Assembly (NCBI GenBank): GCA_035461245.1 | Contig: DATHVP010000008.1 | Location: forward strand, 6,000-69,999 | Direction of reading: 5' to 3' | DNA from: Longimicrobiales bacterium | Lineage (GTDB): Bacteria; Gemmatimonadota; Gemmatimonadetes; Longimicrobiales; RSA9 | DNA length: 64,000 bases | Shown here: positions 15,983-23,872 of the stretch, piece after piece | Layout of the letters: every line of letters begins with the position of its first letter | Position numbering within the stretch: position 1 is the first letter of the stretch | Program-made: the position numbers and the translations under genes | Notes under the pieces: model-generated | Seen by the model: the letters and a program-made list of their open reading frames with translations, nothing else | Databases searched by the model: none | What the model was told of the DNA's origin: nothing

Positions 15983-16993
15983 ATGACGAACATGCGAACG
16001 ATAATGGCTGGTACGGCTGCGGCCGTGGTGATTGGAACGGCGGGCTACGCCATGACGACGCAAGGCAGTGAGGAAGTGGAGTACACTGATTTCGGCGTGG
16101 TGACCACCACAACCGATCCAGCGTGGGATGCGCGGGTCATGCCGGCGTCCTCGGCGCCGGTGAAGGAGTTCCGCATCCCGATGACGCACGTGGAGATCGA
16201 GATTGCGCCGGGCGTGACGTACGAGGGCTGGACCTTCGGCAACACGGTGCCGGGCCCGACCATCCGGGTGAACCAGGGGGACCTGGTGAAGGTGACGCTG
16301 GTGAATGAGAGCGACATGCCACACAGCATTGACTTCCACTCGGCGCGGATTCCCATGGACGTGGCGTTCAAGACCATTGGCCCGGGCGAGGAGCTGGAGT
16401 TCGAGTTCGTGGCAAACGATCCGGGCGCGTTCATGGTGCACTGCGGCACGCCGCCGGTCCTGATGCACATCATGCAGGGCATGTACCTGCCGATCATCGT
16501 GGACCCGAAGGGTGGCTGGGGCACGCGTGCGGACAAGGAGTTCGTCATCGTGCAGAGCGAGTTCTACACCCAGGAGCGGGATGGCAGGCATGTCCCCGAC
16601 TGGAACGCTGCGCTGGCGAAGAACGCGTCATATGTGGTGTTCAACGGCCGTGCGGACCAGTACCAGGCCGCGCCGCTGGAGGTGGACGTGGGTGACCGGG
16701 TCCGGTTCTTCGTGGTCAACGCCGGCCCGAGCGTGCACAGTGACTTCCACGTGGTGGGCGCCGTTTTCGACCGGGTCTACCCTGGCGGCAATCCGAAGCA
16801 CGTCATCGAGACGGTCCAGACGTGGACGGTCCCGGTGGGTGGCGGTGCGGTGTTCGAGACTGAGTTCAATGCCGGCGCCAGCGGTGAGGGTGTATACGCC
16901 TTCGTGACACATGCCTTCGCGGACGCGAGCAAGGGTGCGGTGGGCCTGGTCAAGGTCGGCCAGCCGACCATCGCGGCGGGCATGTCCCACTGA
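15983..16993 (+). CDS. nirK: copper-containing nitrite reductase
   Basis: The protein has a two-cupredoxin size. Copper motifs are present: HSIDFH (T1 His, catalytic Asp, T2 His), VHCGTPPVLMHIMQGM (T2 His-T1 Cys...His...Met), DFHVVGAVFDRVY (catalytic His) and AFVTHAF (T2 His). GGGAGG lies 5 nt upstream of ATG 15983. Confidence 0.9.
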   Translation: MTNMRTIMAGTAAAVVIGTAGYAMTTQGSEEVEYTDFGVVTTTTDPAWDARVMPASSAPVKEFRIPMTHVEIEIAPGVTYEGWTFGNTVPGPTIRVNQGDLVKVTLVNESDMPHSIDFHSARIPMDVAFKTIGPGEELEFEFVANDPGAFMVHCGTPPVLMHIMQGMYLPIIVDPKGGWGTRADKEFVIVQSEFYTQERDGRHVPDWNAALAKNASYVVFNGRADQYQAAPLEVDVGDRVRFFVVNAGPSVHSDFHVVGAVFDRVYPGGNPKHVIETVQTWTVPVGGGAVFETEFNAGASGEGVYAFVTHAFADASKGAVGLVKVGQPTIAAGMSH

Positions 16994-17044
16994 GGCAGCG
17001 GGGTCGCACCGGAGACGGTGCGGCCCTCTCCATCCGGAGGATCC

Positions 17045-17512
17045 ATGAATACCCGAACCACACCGGCGCCGACGGCCTGGCGCATGATCTCACAGACGGC
17101 GGAATACGCGCTGCGGGTGGTGCTGTACCTGGCGGCGCGGCCGGCGGGCGAGCGGGTCGGCGCATCACGGGTGGCGGCAGAGCTGGGCATACCAGAGCGC
17201 TACCTCGCCCGGGTGATGAATGCGCTGGCCCGGGACGGCGTGCTCCTGTCGGCCCGGGGTGCCCAGGGTGGTTTCAGCCTGGCTGTCCTGCCAGCGGCGC
17301 TGACGCTGGGCGCGGTGGTGGCGCCGTTCGACGCGGTGGGCCAGGCCCCGCAGTGCCTGCTGCGGGAGCAGCGGTGTGACCCGTCCGATCCGTGCCTCGC
17401 CCACGAGCACTGGCACTGTATAGCCGGCGGGGTGCGGCACTTCTTCCAGACAACGACAATTGCGGACCTGCTGGGTGACGAGCTCACGTCGCCATTGGCG
17501 CTCCGGCACTAA
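17045..17512 (+). CDS. Rrf2-family transcriptional regulator (NsrR/IscR-like, three-Cys cluster site)
   Basis: The wHTH core reads ISQTAEYALRVVLYLA...ELGIPERYLARVMNALARDGVLLSARGAQGGFSL. The cluster-ligand pattern is CLLREQRCDPSDPC (C-x6-C-x5-C). A GGAGG RBS is present. Confidence 0.85.
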   Translation: MNTRTTPAPTAWRMISQTAEYALRVVLYLAARPAGERVGASRVAAELGIPERYLARVMNALARDGVLLSARGAQGGFSLAVLPAALTLGAVVAPFDAVGQAPQCLLREQRCDPSDPCLAHEHWHCIAGGVRHFFQTTTIADLLGDELTSPLALRH

Positions 17513-17528
17513 TCAGAGAGTGACGACA

Positions 17529-17729
17529 ATGAACGCAGTCGAGATAGCGCAGCTTCCGGTGAACGAGACAATCCGTCGCTACCCGTCGGCCGTTGAGCTG
17601 TTCAACCGCTACGGCATCGACGCCTGCTGTGGTGGCGACGCACCGGTCCGTGAGGCAGCCGTTCGCGATGGGGCGGACGCCGACGCACTGATGGCGGAAC
17701 TGCTGCAACTCGTGGAGGCGGGCGCGTGA
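17529..17729 (+). CDS. small ScdA_N (DUF542)-like protein
   Basis: This 66-aa protein contains VNETIRRYPSAVELFNRYGIDACCGG. This matches the N-terminal domain of RIC/ScdA/YtfE di-iron repair proteins (D-x-CCGG signature, recalled from memory), but it lacks the hemerythrin domain. Confidence 0.7.
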   Translation: MNAVEIAQLPVNETIRRYPSAVELFNRYGIDACCGGDAPVREAAVRDGADADALMAELLQLVEAGA

Positions 17730-18037
17730 GGGTGCTGTCATCAGGGCCCGGCCAGCGGGATGAGCGGCCGGCCACGGAGATCCTGCACGACGAGGCGAGT
17801 GTCCGGGTCGTGATGTTCCACCTGAAGCCAGGGCAGCAGGTGCGGCCGCACACGAGCCCCAGCAGCGTGCTGGTGACGGTGCTGTCGGGCCACGGCGAGT
17901 TCACCGGCGCAGACGACGCAACGGAGCTGAACGCCGGTGACTCCGCAGTCTATGAGCCGGGTGAGGTGCACGGCATGGTGGCCGGCACCGAGCCGTTGCG
18001 GTTCCTGGCCATTATCACCCCGCGCCCCGGAGGCTGA
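17726..18037 (+). CDS. cupin-domain protein
   Basis: The protein is 103 aa. A cupin_2-like pattern is present (FHLKPGQQVRPHTSPSSVLVTVLSGHGEF ... PGEVHGM). GTG 17726 overlaps the upstream stop (GTGA). Confidence 0.7.
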   Translation: MRVLSSGPGQRDERPATEILHDEASVRVVMFHLKPGQQVRPHTSPSSVLVTVLSGHGEFTGADDATELNAGDSAVYEPGEVHGMVAGTEPLRFLAIITPRPGG

Positions 18038-18040
18038 GCG

Positions 18041-19264
18041 ATGAAGCCGGACATTGCTGCCGCAGACTTCAGCCAGGCGCCCTACCTGGTCATCTGGGAG
18101 ACGACACGCTCGTGCGACCTGGCGTGCAAGCACTGCCGTGCAGAGGCCGTAACCAACCGGCATCCGCTTGAATTGACGACGGCGGAAGCGAAGCGGATGA
18201 TGGATGACGTCCGGCGCTTTGGCCGGCCCCTGTTCGTCCTGACCGGCGGCGACCCGCTGAAGCGGCCTGACGTGGTTGAACTGGTGGAGTACGGCACGTC
18301 CATCGGCCTGCGCATGGCGATGACGCCCTCCGGTACGCCGCTCATGACGGAGCCCGTGCTGCGGCAGCTGAAGGACGCCGGCCTGGCGCGGCTGGCCGTG
18401 AGCCTGGACGGCTCGACGCCCGCCATCCATGACGCGTTCCGCGGCGTAGACGGCTCCTGGGACTGGACCATCAACATGCTGCGGACCGCCCGCGAGATCG
18501 GGCTTACGACGCAGGTCAACACCACCGTCAGCCTGCACAACCTCACGGATTTCGACGCCCTCTGCGAGCTCATGGTAGGGCTGGGCATCACGCTGTGGAG
18601 CGTCTTCTTCCTGGTCCCCACGGGCCGTGCCAAGGCCGACGACGTGGCCAGCGCTGACGAGTTCGAGCATGTCTTCAACCGGATGTACGACCTGTCGAAG
18701 ACGGCGCCGTTCGACATCAAGAGCACGGCGGCGCCGCAGTACCGGCGAGTGATCCTGCAGCGGCAGGTCGCGGAGCGGCGGGCGGGCGGGCGGTCCGAGG
18801 CTCCGTCGCCCATGACCGCCGGGGTCGGCTTCTCGCTGGCCGACGGGGTCGGGCGTTCGAAGGGTGTAAATGATGGCGACGGATTCGTCTTCATCAGCCA
18901 CACCGGCGCCATCTGCCCGTCAGGCTTCCTGCCGCTGGCAGCGGGCAATGTGCGCATGCACGACGTGGTGGATGTCTACCGCAATTCACCGATGTTCGTG
19001 GCGCTGCGGGATCGTGACCAGTTGAAGGGCAAGTGCGGCGTCTGCGAATACCGCGACGTGTGCGGCGGCAGCCGCGCCCGGGCCTACGCCGTGACCGGTG
19101 ACATGCTGGAGTCGGAGCCGTTCTGCAGCCACGTCCCCGCGCGCTACCGGCGCATGGTGGAAGAAGGGACGGCGGAGCCCGTGGAGGAGTACTTCGCCCG
19201 GCGCACTGGCGGCCCCGCCGCCGGTCCGGCGACGGTACCCGTGGCCATGGCCAGCCGTCGCTGA
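18041..19264 (+). CDS. radical SAM/SPASM-domain enzyme (NirJ/AhbD-like)
   Basis: The CDLACKHC (Cx3Cx2C) radical SAM motif lies in WETTRSCDLACKHCRA, and GGDPL is present. The C-terminal Cys-rich SPASM-like region reads KGKCGVCEYRDVCGGSRARAY...PFCSH. Confidence 0.85.
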   Translation: MKPDIAAADFSQAPYLVIWETTRSCDLACKHCRAEAVTNRHPLELTTAEAKRMMDDVRRFGRPLFVLTGGDPLKRPDVVELVEYGTSIGLRMAMTPSGTPLMTEPVLRQLKDAGLARLAVSLDGSTPAIHDAFRGVDGSWDWTINMLRTAREIGLTTQVNTTVSLHNLTDFDALCELMVGLGITLWSVFFLVPTGRAKADDVASADEFEHVFNRMYDLSKTAPFDIKSTAAPQYRRVILQRQVAERRAGGRSEAPSPMTAGVGFSLADGVGRSKGVNDGDGFVFISHTGAICPSGFLPLAAGNVRMHDVVDVYRNSPMFVALRDRDQLKGKCGVCEYRDVCGGSRARAYAVTGDMLESEPFCSHVPARYRRMVEEGTAEPVEEYFARRTGGPAAGPATVPVAMASRR

Positions 19265-19289
19265 CGATGTAAGGAAGGTGCGAGGAGGG

Positions 19290-19322
19290 CGGGGAGCCTG
19301 CCGCGAGACGGCCGGCTCCCCG
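19290..19322. terminator. hairpin between convergent genes (cggggagcc-N15-ggctccccg)
   Basis: A 9-bp GC-rich stem lies between the radical SAM stop (19264) and the cytochrome c stop (19328). It is followed by ttgtat on the plus strand. Confidence 0.4.
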
Positions 19323-19327
19323 TTGTA

Positions 19328-19747
19328 TCAGCGGCTGACGGCGTAGACGTAGGCCGCGACCTGACGGATCTGGTCCTCGGAGAGGGGTGCGCCGCCCATG
19401 GCCGGCATGGGTGCAGGGAACTGCACGGGCTGAGCGACGCCCTCGCGGATGACCCTGACGATCTCGTCGAACGAGCCGTCGGTGTTCAGCCACTCCCCGT
19501 CATTCAGGGCTGGCGCCAGTGGGCTGCCCGTGGCGTTCCTGCCATGACAGGTGAAGCACGTCTGCTGGTTGAACACCTGCTGGCCGGCCGCCACCATGTC
19601 CTGCGTCACGCCTTCCGGCAGTTCCACCATGGGCAGCGCACCGTTGCCTGCAGCACTCCCCCCCGTGGTGCCCGGCGTGCTGTCGTCTGCGCCACCGCAC
19701 GCGGTGACCATGGCTACCGCCATCAGCGCGGCTGTACGTCGCAACAT
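19328..19747 (-). CDS. monohaem class I cytochrome c, probable lipoprotein
   Basis: The signal reads MLRRTAALMAVAMVTACGG (lipobox). A single CFTCH motif is present, with a distal PMPAMGG Met region. The size is 139 aa. Confidence 0.85.
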   Translation of the reverse strand: MLRRTAALMAVAMVTACGGADDSTPGTTGGSAAGNGALPMVELPEGVTQDMVAAGQQVFNQQTCFTCHGRNATGSPLAPALNDGEWLNTDGSFDEIVRVIREGVAQPVQFPAPMPAMGGAPLSEDQIRQVAAYVYAVSR

Positions 19748-19794
19748 TGCGTCTTCCTCCAGTTGTTACAGGATGGCCCGCCATCCGGCGGGTC

Positions 19795-20250
19795 TCAGAA
19801 CCGTTCTCCGCGAGCCTCCCGCAGGTGGCTGCCGACGGGACGGATACGAGGCCACATGGCCACGAAATACACGGCAATGCCCACGACCTGGCCAAGACCC
19901 CCGGCCACGATGATCCATGGCAGCACCGTGGCCTCGCTCCAGGCGCGGGCCGCCTCCGCGACGAAGCGGGCGCCGGTGGCGAGGGCGAGGACCCAGTAGG
20001 CGATGCTGACACGCCCGGGTGAATAGAGCGTGTCGTCCTTCGGCGGCCGCGGGAACAGCCACAGGGCTACGCCGAAGATGAGGAACATGACGAAGCCTAC
20101 GAGTATGGCGTGGGCGTGGGCCGACACGAGGTGCGGATGCGGCCAGACCCCGAACAGCTCGCGTCGCACCAGGAGCCATGCACCCAGGACGAGCCCGGCA
20201 AAGAGGAAGCCGATGCCCGTCTTGATGAAGCGGCGTACGAGAGTGTACAT
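19795..20250 (-). CDS. hypothetical 4-TM membrane protein with a HAHA motif
   Basis: There are four hydrophobic segments. The motif SAHAHAILVGFVMFLIFGVALWLFP resembles motifs repeated in the 12-TM protein at 22565-23872. Confidence 0.5.
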   Translation of the reverse strand: MYTLVRRFIKTGIGFLFAGLVLGAWLLVRRELFGVWPHPHLVSAHAHAILVGFVMFLIFGVALWLFPRPPKDDTLYSPGRVSIAYWVLALATGARFVAEAARAWSEATVLPWIIVAGGLGQVVGIAVYFVAMWPRIRPVGSHLREARGERF

Positions 20251-20265
20251 GGCTCCTGCAGAGGC

Positions 20266-20508
20266 TCAGGAGGCCCTGGTCACGAGCACGCGCCAGGTCT
20301 CAGGGCCGTCCTCCAGGTACTCGAAGGCGAAGCTGTCGTCGCCCCGGGTGGCGCGCAGGGTGTAGTACATGCACTTCGGGTCATGGTCCACGGTCAGGCG
20401 CATGGCCTGGCCGGCAGGCAGGGCTTCGTACGCGTCCATGATCCGGTCGTACCTGTCCTTCGGTTCTACTGCGCGGACGTCCACGTCCACGGGTGTGGCA
20501 ATGCTCAT
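20266..20508 (-). CDS. DUF2249-like small protein
   Basis: The sequence VDVDVRAVEPKDRYDRIMDAYEALPAGQAMRLTVDHDPKCMYYTL...FEYLEDGPETWRVLVTR is a paralogue of 21203-21442. The start was moved to ATG 20508, which overlaps the upstream stop (ATGA). Confidence 0.7.
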   Translation of the reverse strand: MSIATPVDVDVRAVEPKDRYDRIMDAYEALPAGQAMRLTVDHDPKCMYYTLRATRGDDSFAFEYLEDGPETWRVLVTRAS

Positions 20509-21203
20509 TGTCCCGTCCCTGTGAGTGTGAGAGGCGCGCTGGCGGCCCTGTCGCCGCTGCTGCCGCAGCCCCAGCCGCCCCGCCGGCCGAGCCAGCCTGC
20601 CCACGCGACTCGATACCTATGGGAGCTGGGCGTGACGATGAGGGGCCCTGCGTAACCGGCGAGTGCCAGCACCCGCAGGGTCGCGCCGATGCCCCGGCCG
20701 TCCTGCAGGGCCGTCTCCGGCCCGCCGCCGACCAGGCGGATGCAAACAGGACCCCCGTTGTGTCGGCTGATCCGCTCCGCATCGGAGGCCGGATCCATCA
20801 CGGAATCGTCCACCTGCCATGCGAACGGCACGGTGGCGGGGAGGAGCGGCAGCCACCCGTCCGCGGGGCCATGCATGAGTGGCAGTGCCGTGACACCCGC
20901 AGCCATCGCAACACTCGCTGCTGCCACCGCGGCCTCATTGTCGTGGCCACGGTCCAGCACCAGGGGCACCGCCAGCCGGCGCGCTACCACGGTCGCCAGT
21001 GCGGTATGGGCCTCGTCGGCCAGGATGGACGTCAGTCTGACGCCCTCGCCCAGGTCCGCGTCGTCAACATGCCCCAGGCTATCAAACGCCGTGACATCCG
21101 ACGTGCTCACCTCGAGGGCCAGCAGTCCCCGCCGGGCGCATGACTCCGCCAGTTCGGCCACAGTGGCATGTGGGTCAGCGCCGGAGCCGAGTCCGAGACG
21201 CAT
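20505..21203 (-). CDS. hypothetical protein (possibly xylose-isomerase-like TIM barrel)
   Basis: The ORF is translationally coupled on both sides. There is a weak resemblance to sugar-phosphate isomerase/epimerase folds (IRLVGGGPE...LRVLALAGYAGPLIVTP). The family assignment is not secure. Confidence 0.4.
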   Translation of the reverse strand: MRLGLGSGADPHATVAELAESCARRGLLALEVSTSDVTAFDSLGHVDDADLGEGVRLTSILADEAHTALATVVARRLAVPLVLDRGHDNEAAVAAASVAMAAGVTALPLMHGPADGWLPLLPATVPFAWQVDDSVMDPASDAERISRHNGGPVCIRLVGGGPETALQDGRGIGATLRVLALAGYAGPLIVTPSSHRYRVAWAGWLGRRGGWGCGSSGDRAASAPLTLTGTGQ

Positions 21204-21442
21204 CAGAGCGTCCGGCTGATCTGCACGGCCCACACCGTGGGGCCCTGCTCCAGGTACTCCCAGCCGAATGTGCCGGCGTGCTCGTACTCGAACTGGAACC
21301 GCAGCGGCTTCGGGTCGTGGTCGTTGACCAGGACGAATGCCTCACCCGGCTCCAGCGACTTGAACGTGTCGAAGATGGCGGGATGCTTCTCCCGCGGCGG
21401 GATGGGGCGGACGTCGAGTATGCGTGCTGTCGTGCTCATCAT
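21203..21442 (-). CDS. DUF2249-like small protein
   Basis: The sequence is ILDVRPIPPREKHPAIFDTFKSLEPGEAFVLVNDHDPKPLRFQFEYEHAGTFGWEYLEQGPTVWAVQISR. ATG 21442 overlaps the upstream stop (ATGA). Confidence 0.7.
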   Translation of the reverse strand: MMSTTARILDVRPIPPREKHPAIFDTFKSLEPGEAFVLVNDHDPKPLRFQFEYEHAGTFGWEYLEQGPTVWAVQISRTL

Positions 21443-22260
21443 GTATCTCCCGTGCGTCGAATGAACAGTCGGACGAGGTCGGGACCCTGTTCCCGGACCT
21501 CGTGCTGAAAGCCCCGCTCTTCCAGCAGCGGGATGAGGAACTGAGGCACGCGGACGTTCAGCTGCACCAGTGTGCCGCCGGGCGGCAGCTGCTCCAGTGC
21601 GGCCAGCGTCCGCATCATCGGTTCGGGCGGCTCCAGGCCGCGTACGTCGAGGACGACGACGTCGTCGGGCATGTCACCGGCGTCCTCCGCCTGCGCGGTG
21701 GCGGCCGGGGCGGCGGCCGCAGCCGTCGCACTGTAGAAGTGGATGACCCAGTCGTCGGCCGCCCGCTGCTCCGTCCAGTGCAGGAACCCCCGCTTCGCCA
21801 GCACGGCATAGAGGGGAACGGGCTCGAAGATGGCACGCAGCACGAACGCGCCGTCGTCCGGCACCTCGCGGACCGCGTCCATGATGAGGCTGAACGGCTC
21901 GCGCCCGGCGCGGAGCTCGTCCCTGACGTCCAGTGTCACCGTCCGTTCCGCCGGGATCATCGCCAGTTCCCACGGCATGGCCGCGGGCGAAGTCTTCTCC
22001 GTCAACGGTCCTCCTGTCATGTCCTCCGCTTCTTCCTCCGGCACCGGTGCACCGGCATGTTCGTTCAGGCGTGCCAGCAGTAGCGAGCAGTCCACGCCGC
22101 CCATGCGGGCGGCCTGTTCCACCGTGACCAGCCGGGTCATGATTCGCCGCATGGTCGGGTTGCGCAGGCGCTCGAACGCAGGCGACAACTCGATGAAGAC
22201 GTCAATCAGCGTCTCGTCCCCCGCCAGGACCGCCGACACCCGGTCACTGCCGGCAATCAC
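21439..22260 (-). CDS. DUF1858-like N-terminal domain fused to two DUF2249-like domains
   Basis: The N-terminus reads [50 protein letters not shown]. It is followed by [22 protein letters not shown]...FEPVPLY and then [40 protein letters not shown]. The start was set at GTG 22260, which overlaps the DUF59 stop (GTGA). Confidence 0.65.
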   Translation of the reverse strand: MIAGSDRVSAVLAGDETLIDVFIELSPAFERLRNPTMRRIMTRLVTVEQAARMGGVDCSLLLARLNEHAGAPVPEEEAEDMTGGPLTEKTSPAAMPWELAMIPAERTVTLDVRDELRAGREPFSLIMDAVREVPDDGAFVLRAIFEPVPLYAVLAKRGFLHWTEQRAADDWVIHFYSATAAAAAPAATAQAEDAGDMPDDVVVLDVRGLEPPEPMMRTLAALEQLPPGGTLVQLNVRVPQFLIPLLEERGFQHEVREQGPDLVRLFIRRTGDT

Positions 22261-22568
22261 CAGCCATCTTCCTGGATGAGGCCGGGATGCCACTGGGGAT
22301 CCCAGACCAGGCATGGGTGCACGTCGCCCACGCCCTCGACGGCGTGGACCGCCTGCAGGATCGCGTTGGTGATGTGCTCCTCCAGCGGACAGCCCGGCGT
22401 CGTCAGCGTGTATGTCACGATCACCGTGGAGCCCTCCACCACGACGTCGTAGACGAGGCCCAGCGTGACGATGTCCAGGCCGATCTCGGGGTCAATGACC
22501 GTGCGCAGCGCATCCATGACCACGCGCTCGTCCGGCGTGGCGGCAACTGGCTCAGCGGGCAGCGTCAT
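22257..22568 (-). CDS. DUF59 (MIP18/SufT-like) Fe-S assembly-related protein
   Basis: The sequence is [50 protein letters not shown], containing the typical DPE...D-x-V-x-LG-L-V and TxxxCP motifs. ATG 22568 overlaps the upstream stop (ATGA). Confidence 0.8.
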   Translation of the reverse strand: MTLPAEPVAATPDERVVMDALRTVIDPEIGLDIVTLGLVYDVVVEGSTVIVTYTLTTPGCPLEEHITNAILQAVHAVEGVGDVHPCLVWDPQWHPGLIQEDGW

Positions 22569-23872
22569 GGGCGAATCCTCCAGAGCAGAAGCATCTGTGA
22601 TGCGACGATCGCCGTGCCCGTGACGAACACCAGCGCCGCCGCGCGGGCGGGCTGTGCCATGCCCAGGCCGATGGCAACGAGCAGGGCGGCGGCACCCGCC
22701 AGCAGCGCCGCGACCGCGGCGTTGGCCAGCGTCGCCGAGTAGAGGTCCTGAACCCGTGGCACGGGACGGCGCCCGGCCAGCGGACCGAACCGGTGGTACC
22801 ACACCAGGAACGGCACGATCTTGTAGTAGTGCGCGACGACGAACAGTGACACCGCCAGGAGGATGGCCGTCACGTACGTCACCGCCAGCACGCCGCGGTT
22901 TGCCAGGATGATGACGGGTCCAGCCAGGAGCATTGCCGCCACCAGGAACAGGAGCGCGCCGGCGGCCAGCCGCATGCCGGGATCCAGGACGCGACGGTGT
23001 CGCGTGACGTAGAATGCTCTGGCCTGCAGCAGGAACGCGCCGCACCCGGCGGCGATGAGCACCGCCGGCAGCCAGTAGCTCACCAGGCGTGGCGCATGGT
23101 GCAGGAACGCCAGCACGCCGCTACCGGAGGCGACCAGCGCTACGGCCGCCTTCGCGAAGCGGTCCTGTGCGCCATGGCTCAGCAGGAACATGGGCAGCAG
23201 CCGGTGTCCCACGCCGATCATGACCAGCAGCACCCAGCCCGCCAGCGCCACGTGCAGGTGCACGCCCAGCGCAGCGAGCCGCCCGCCGCCGAGGAAGCCC
23301 CAGCGCAGGTTGCCCGTGAGAGCCAGGCCGAGGACCAGGGTTACTGTCAGGTAGCACGTCGCCAGCGCCAGCGCCCACCACGTGACGTCCCGGCGCGTGG
23401 CCGACTTCAGTGTCGCCGCCAGGTTGCCAGCGAACAGCAGTACGCCCATGCCCATCACAACTGCTCCACCCAGCAGCAGCATCGGTCGCCCCGTCGCCAG
23501 CCCGGTGACGAATGCCAGCAGGCCGGGCACATGCAGGGCGAAGGTCACGTGCGCCAGTGTCACGGAGCGGATGGGACGGTCCAGCGCCACCGGCAGGAAC
23601 TGGTACAGCGCGCCCATGATGGACGTGGTGATCCAGCCCAGAGTGAACAGGTGGGTCAGCGCCGCCACCCGCGGCGACAGGTACTGGCCCGCCGCCAGGT
23701 CCGGCGCGTGCAATACCGCACCGGCGGCGCCCAGCAGCAGGAACCCGAGGGCAGCGGCGAAATGTTCGCCCGGCAGGATGGCCGGCGGTGCCTTCGACGA
23801 CGCCGACCCCGGCAGCGGCCCGGCGGCCGCGGGGCGCGCTGCCGCACTGCCCGCCACGGTCGCCGCGTTCAT
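22565..23872 (-). CDS. hypothetical 12-TM His-rich membrane protein
   Basis: The protein is 435 aa from ATG 23872, which overlaps the ctaA stop (ATGA). There are about 12 hydrophobic helices. His-containing helix motifs recur ([23 protein letters not shown]; [25 protein letters not shown]; [15 protein letters not shown]). No family was recognised. Confidence 0.6.
   Translation of the reverse strand: MNAATVAGSAAARPAAAGPLPGSASSKAPPAILPGEHFAAALGFLLLGAAGAVLHAPDLAAGQYLSPRVAALTHLFTLGWITTSIMGALYQFLPVALDRPIRSVTLAHVTFALHVPGLLAFVTGLATGRPMLLLGGAVVMGMGVLLFAGNLAATLKSATRRDVTWWALALATCYLTVTLVLGLALTGNLRWGFLGGGRLAALGVHLHVALAGWVLLVMIGVGHRLLPMFLLSHGAQDRFAKAAVALVASGSGVLAFLHHAPRLVSYWLPAVLIAAGCGAFLLQARAFYVTRHRRVLDPGMRLAAGALLFLVAAMLLAGPVIILANRGVLAVTYVTAILLAVSLFVVAHYYKIVPFLVWYHRFGPLAGRRPVPRVQDLYSATLANAAVAALLAGAAALLVAIGLGMAQPARAAALVFVTGTAIVASQMLLLWRIRP

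Noticed and set aside
18041-19264. Annotating the radical SAM enzyme as NirJ for haem d1 biosynthesis
   Set aside because: No nirS or other nirDLGHEF-type genes are present in the window. The nitrite reductase here is the copper type, so a haem d1 role is unsupported. Only the family-level call is kept.
22565-23872. Calling the 12-TM protein NnrS or a haem-copper oxidase subunit I
   Set aside because: The NnrS signature as I remember it (W-H-x-HEM-x-FGF) is absent. The six-His pattern of haem-copper oxidases (H; H; HH; H-x-H in the appropriate helices) is also absent. The protein is left as an unassigned His-rich membrane protein.
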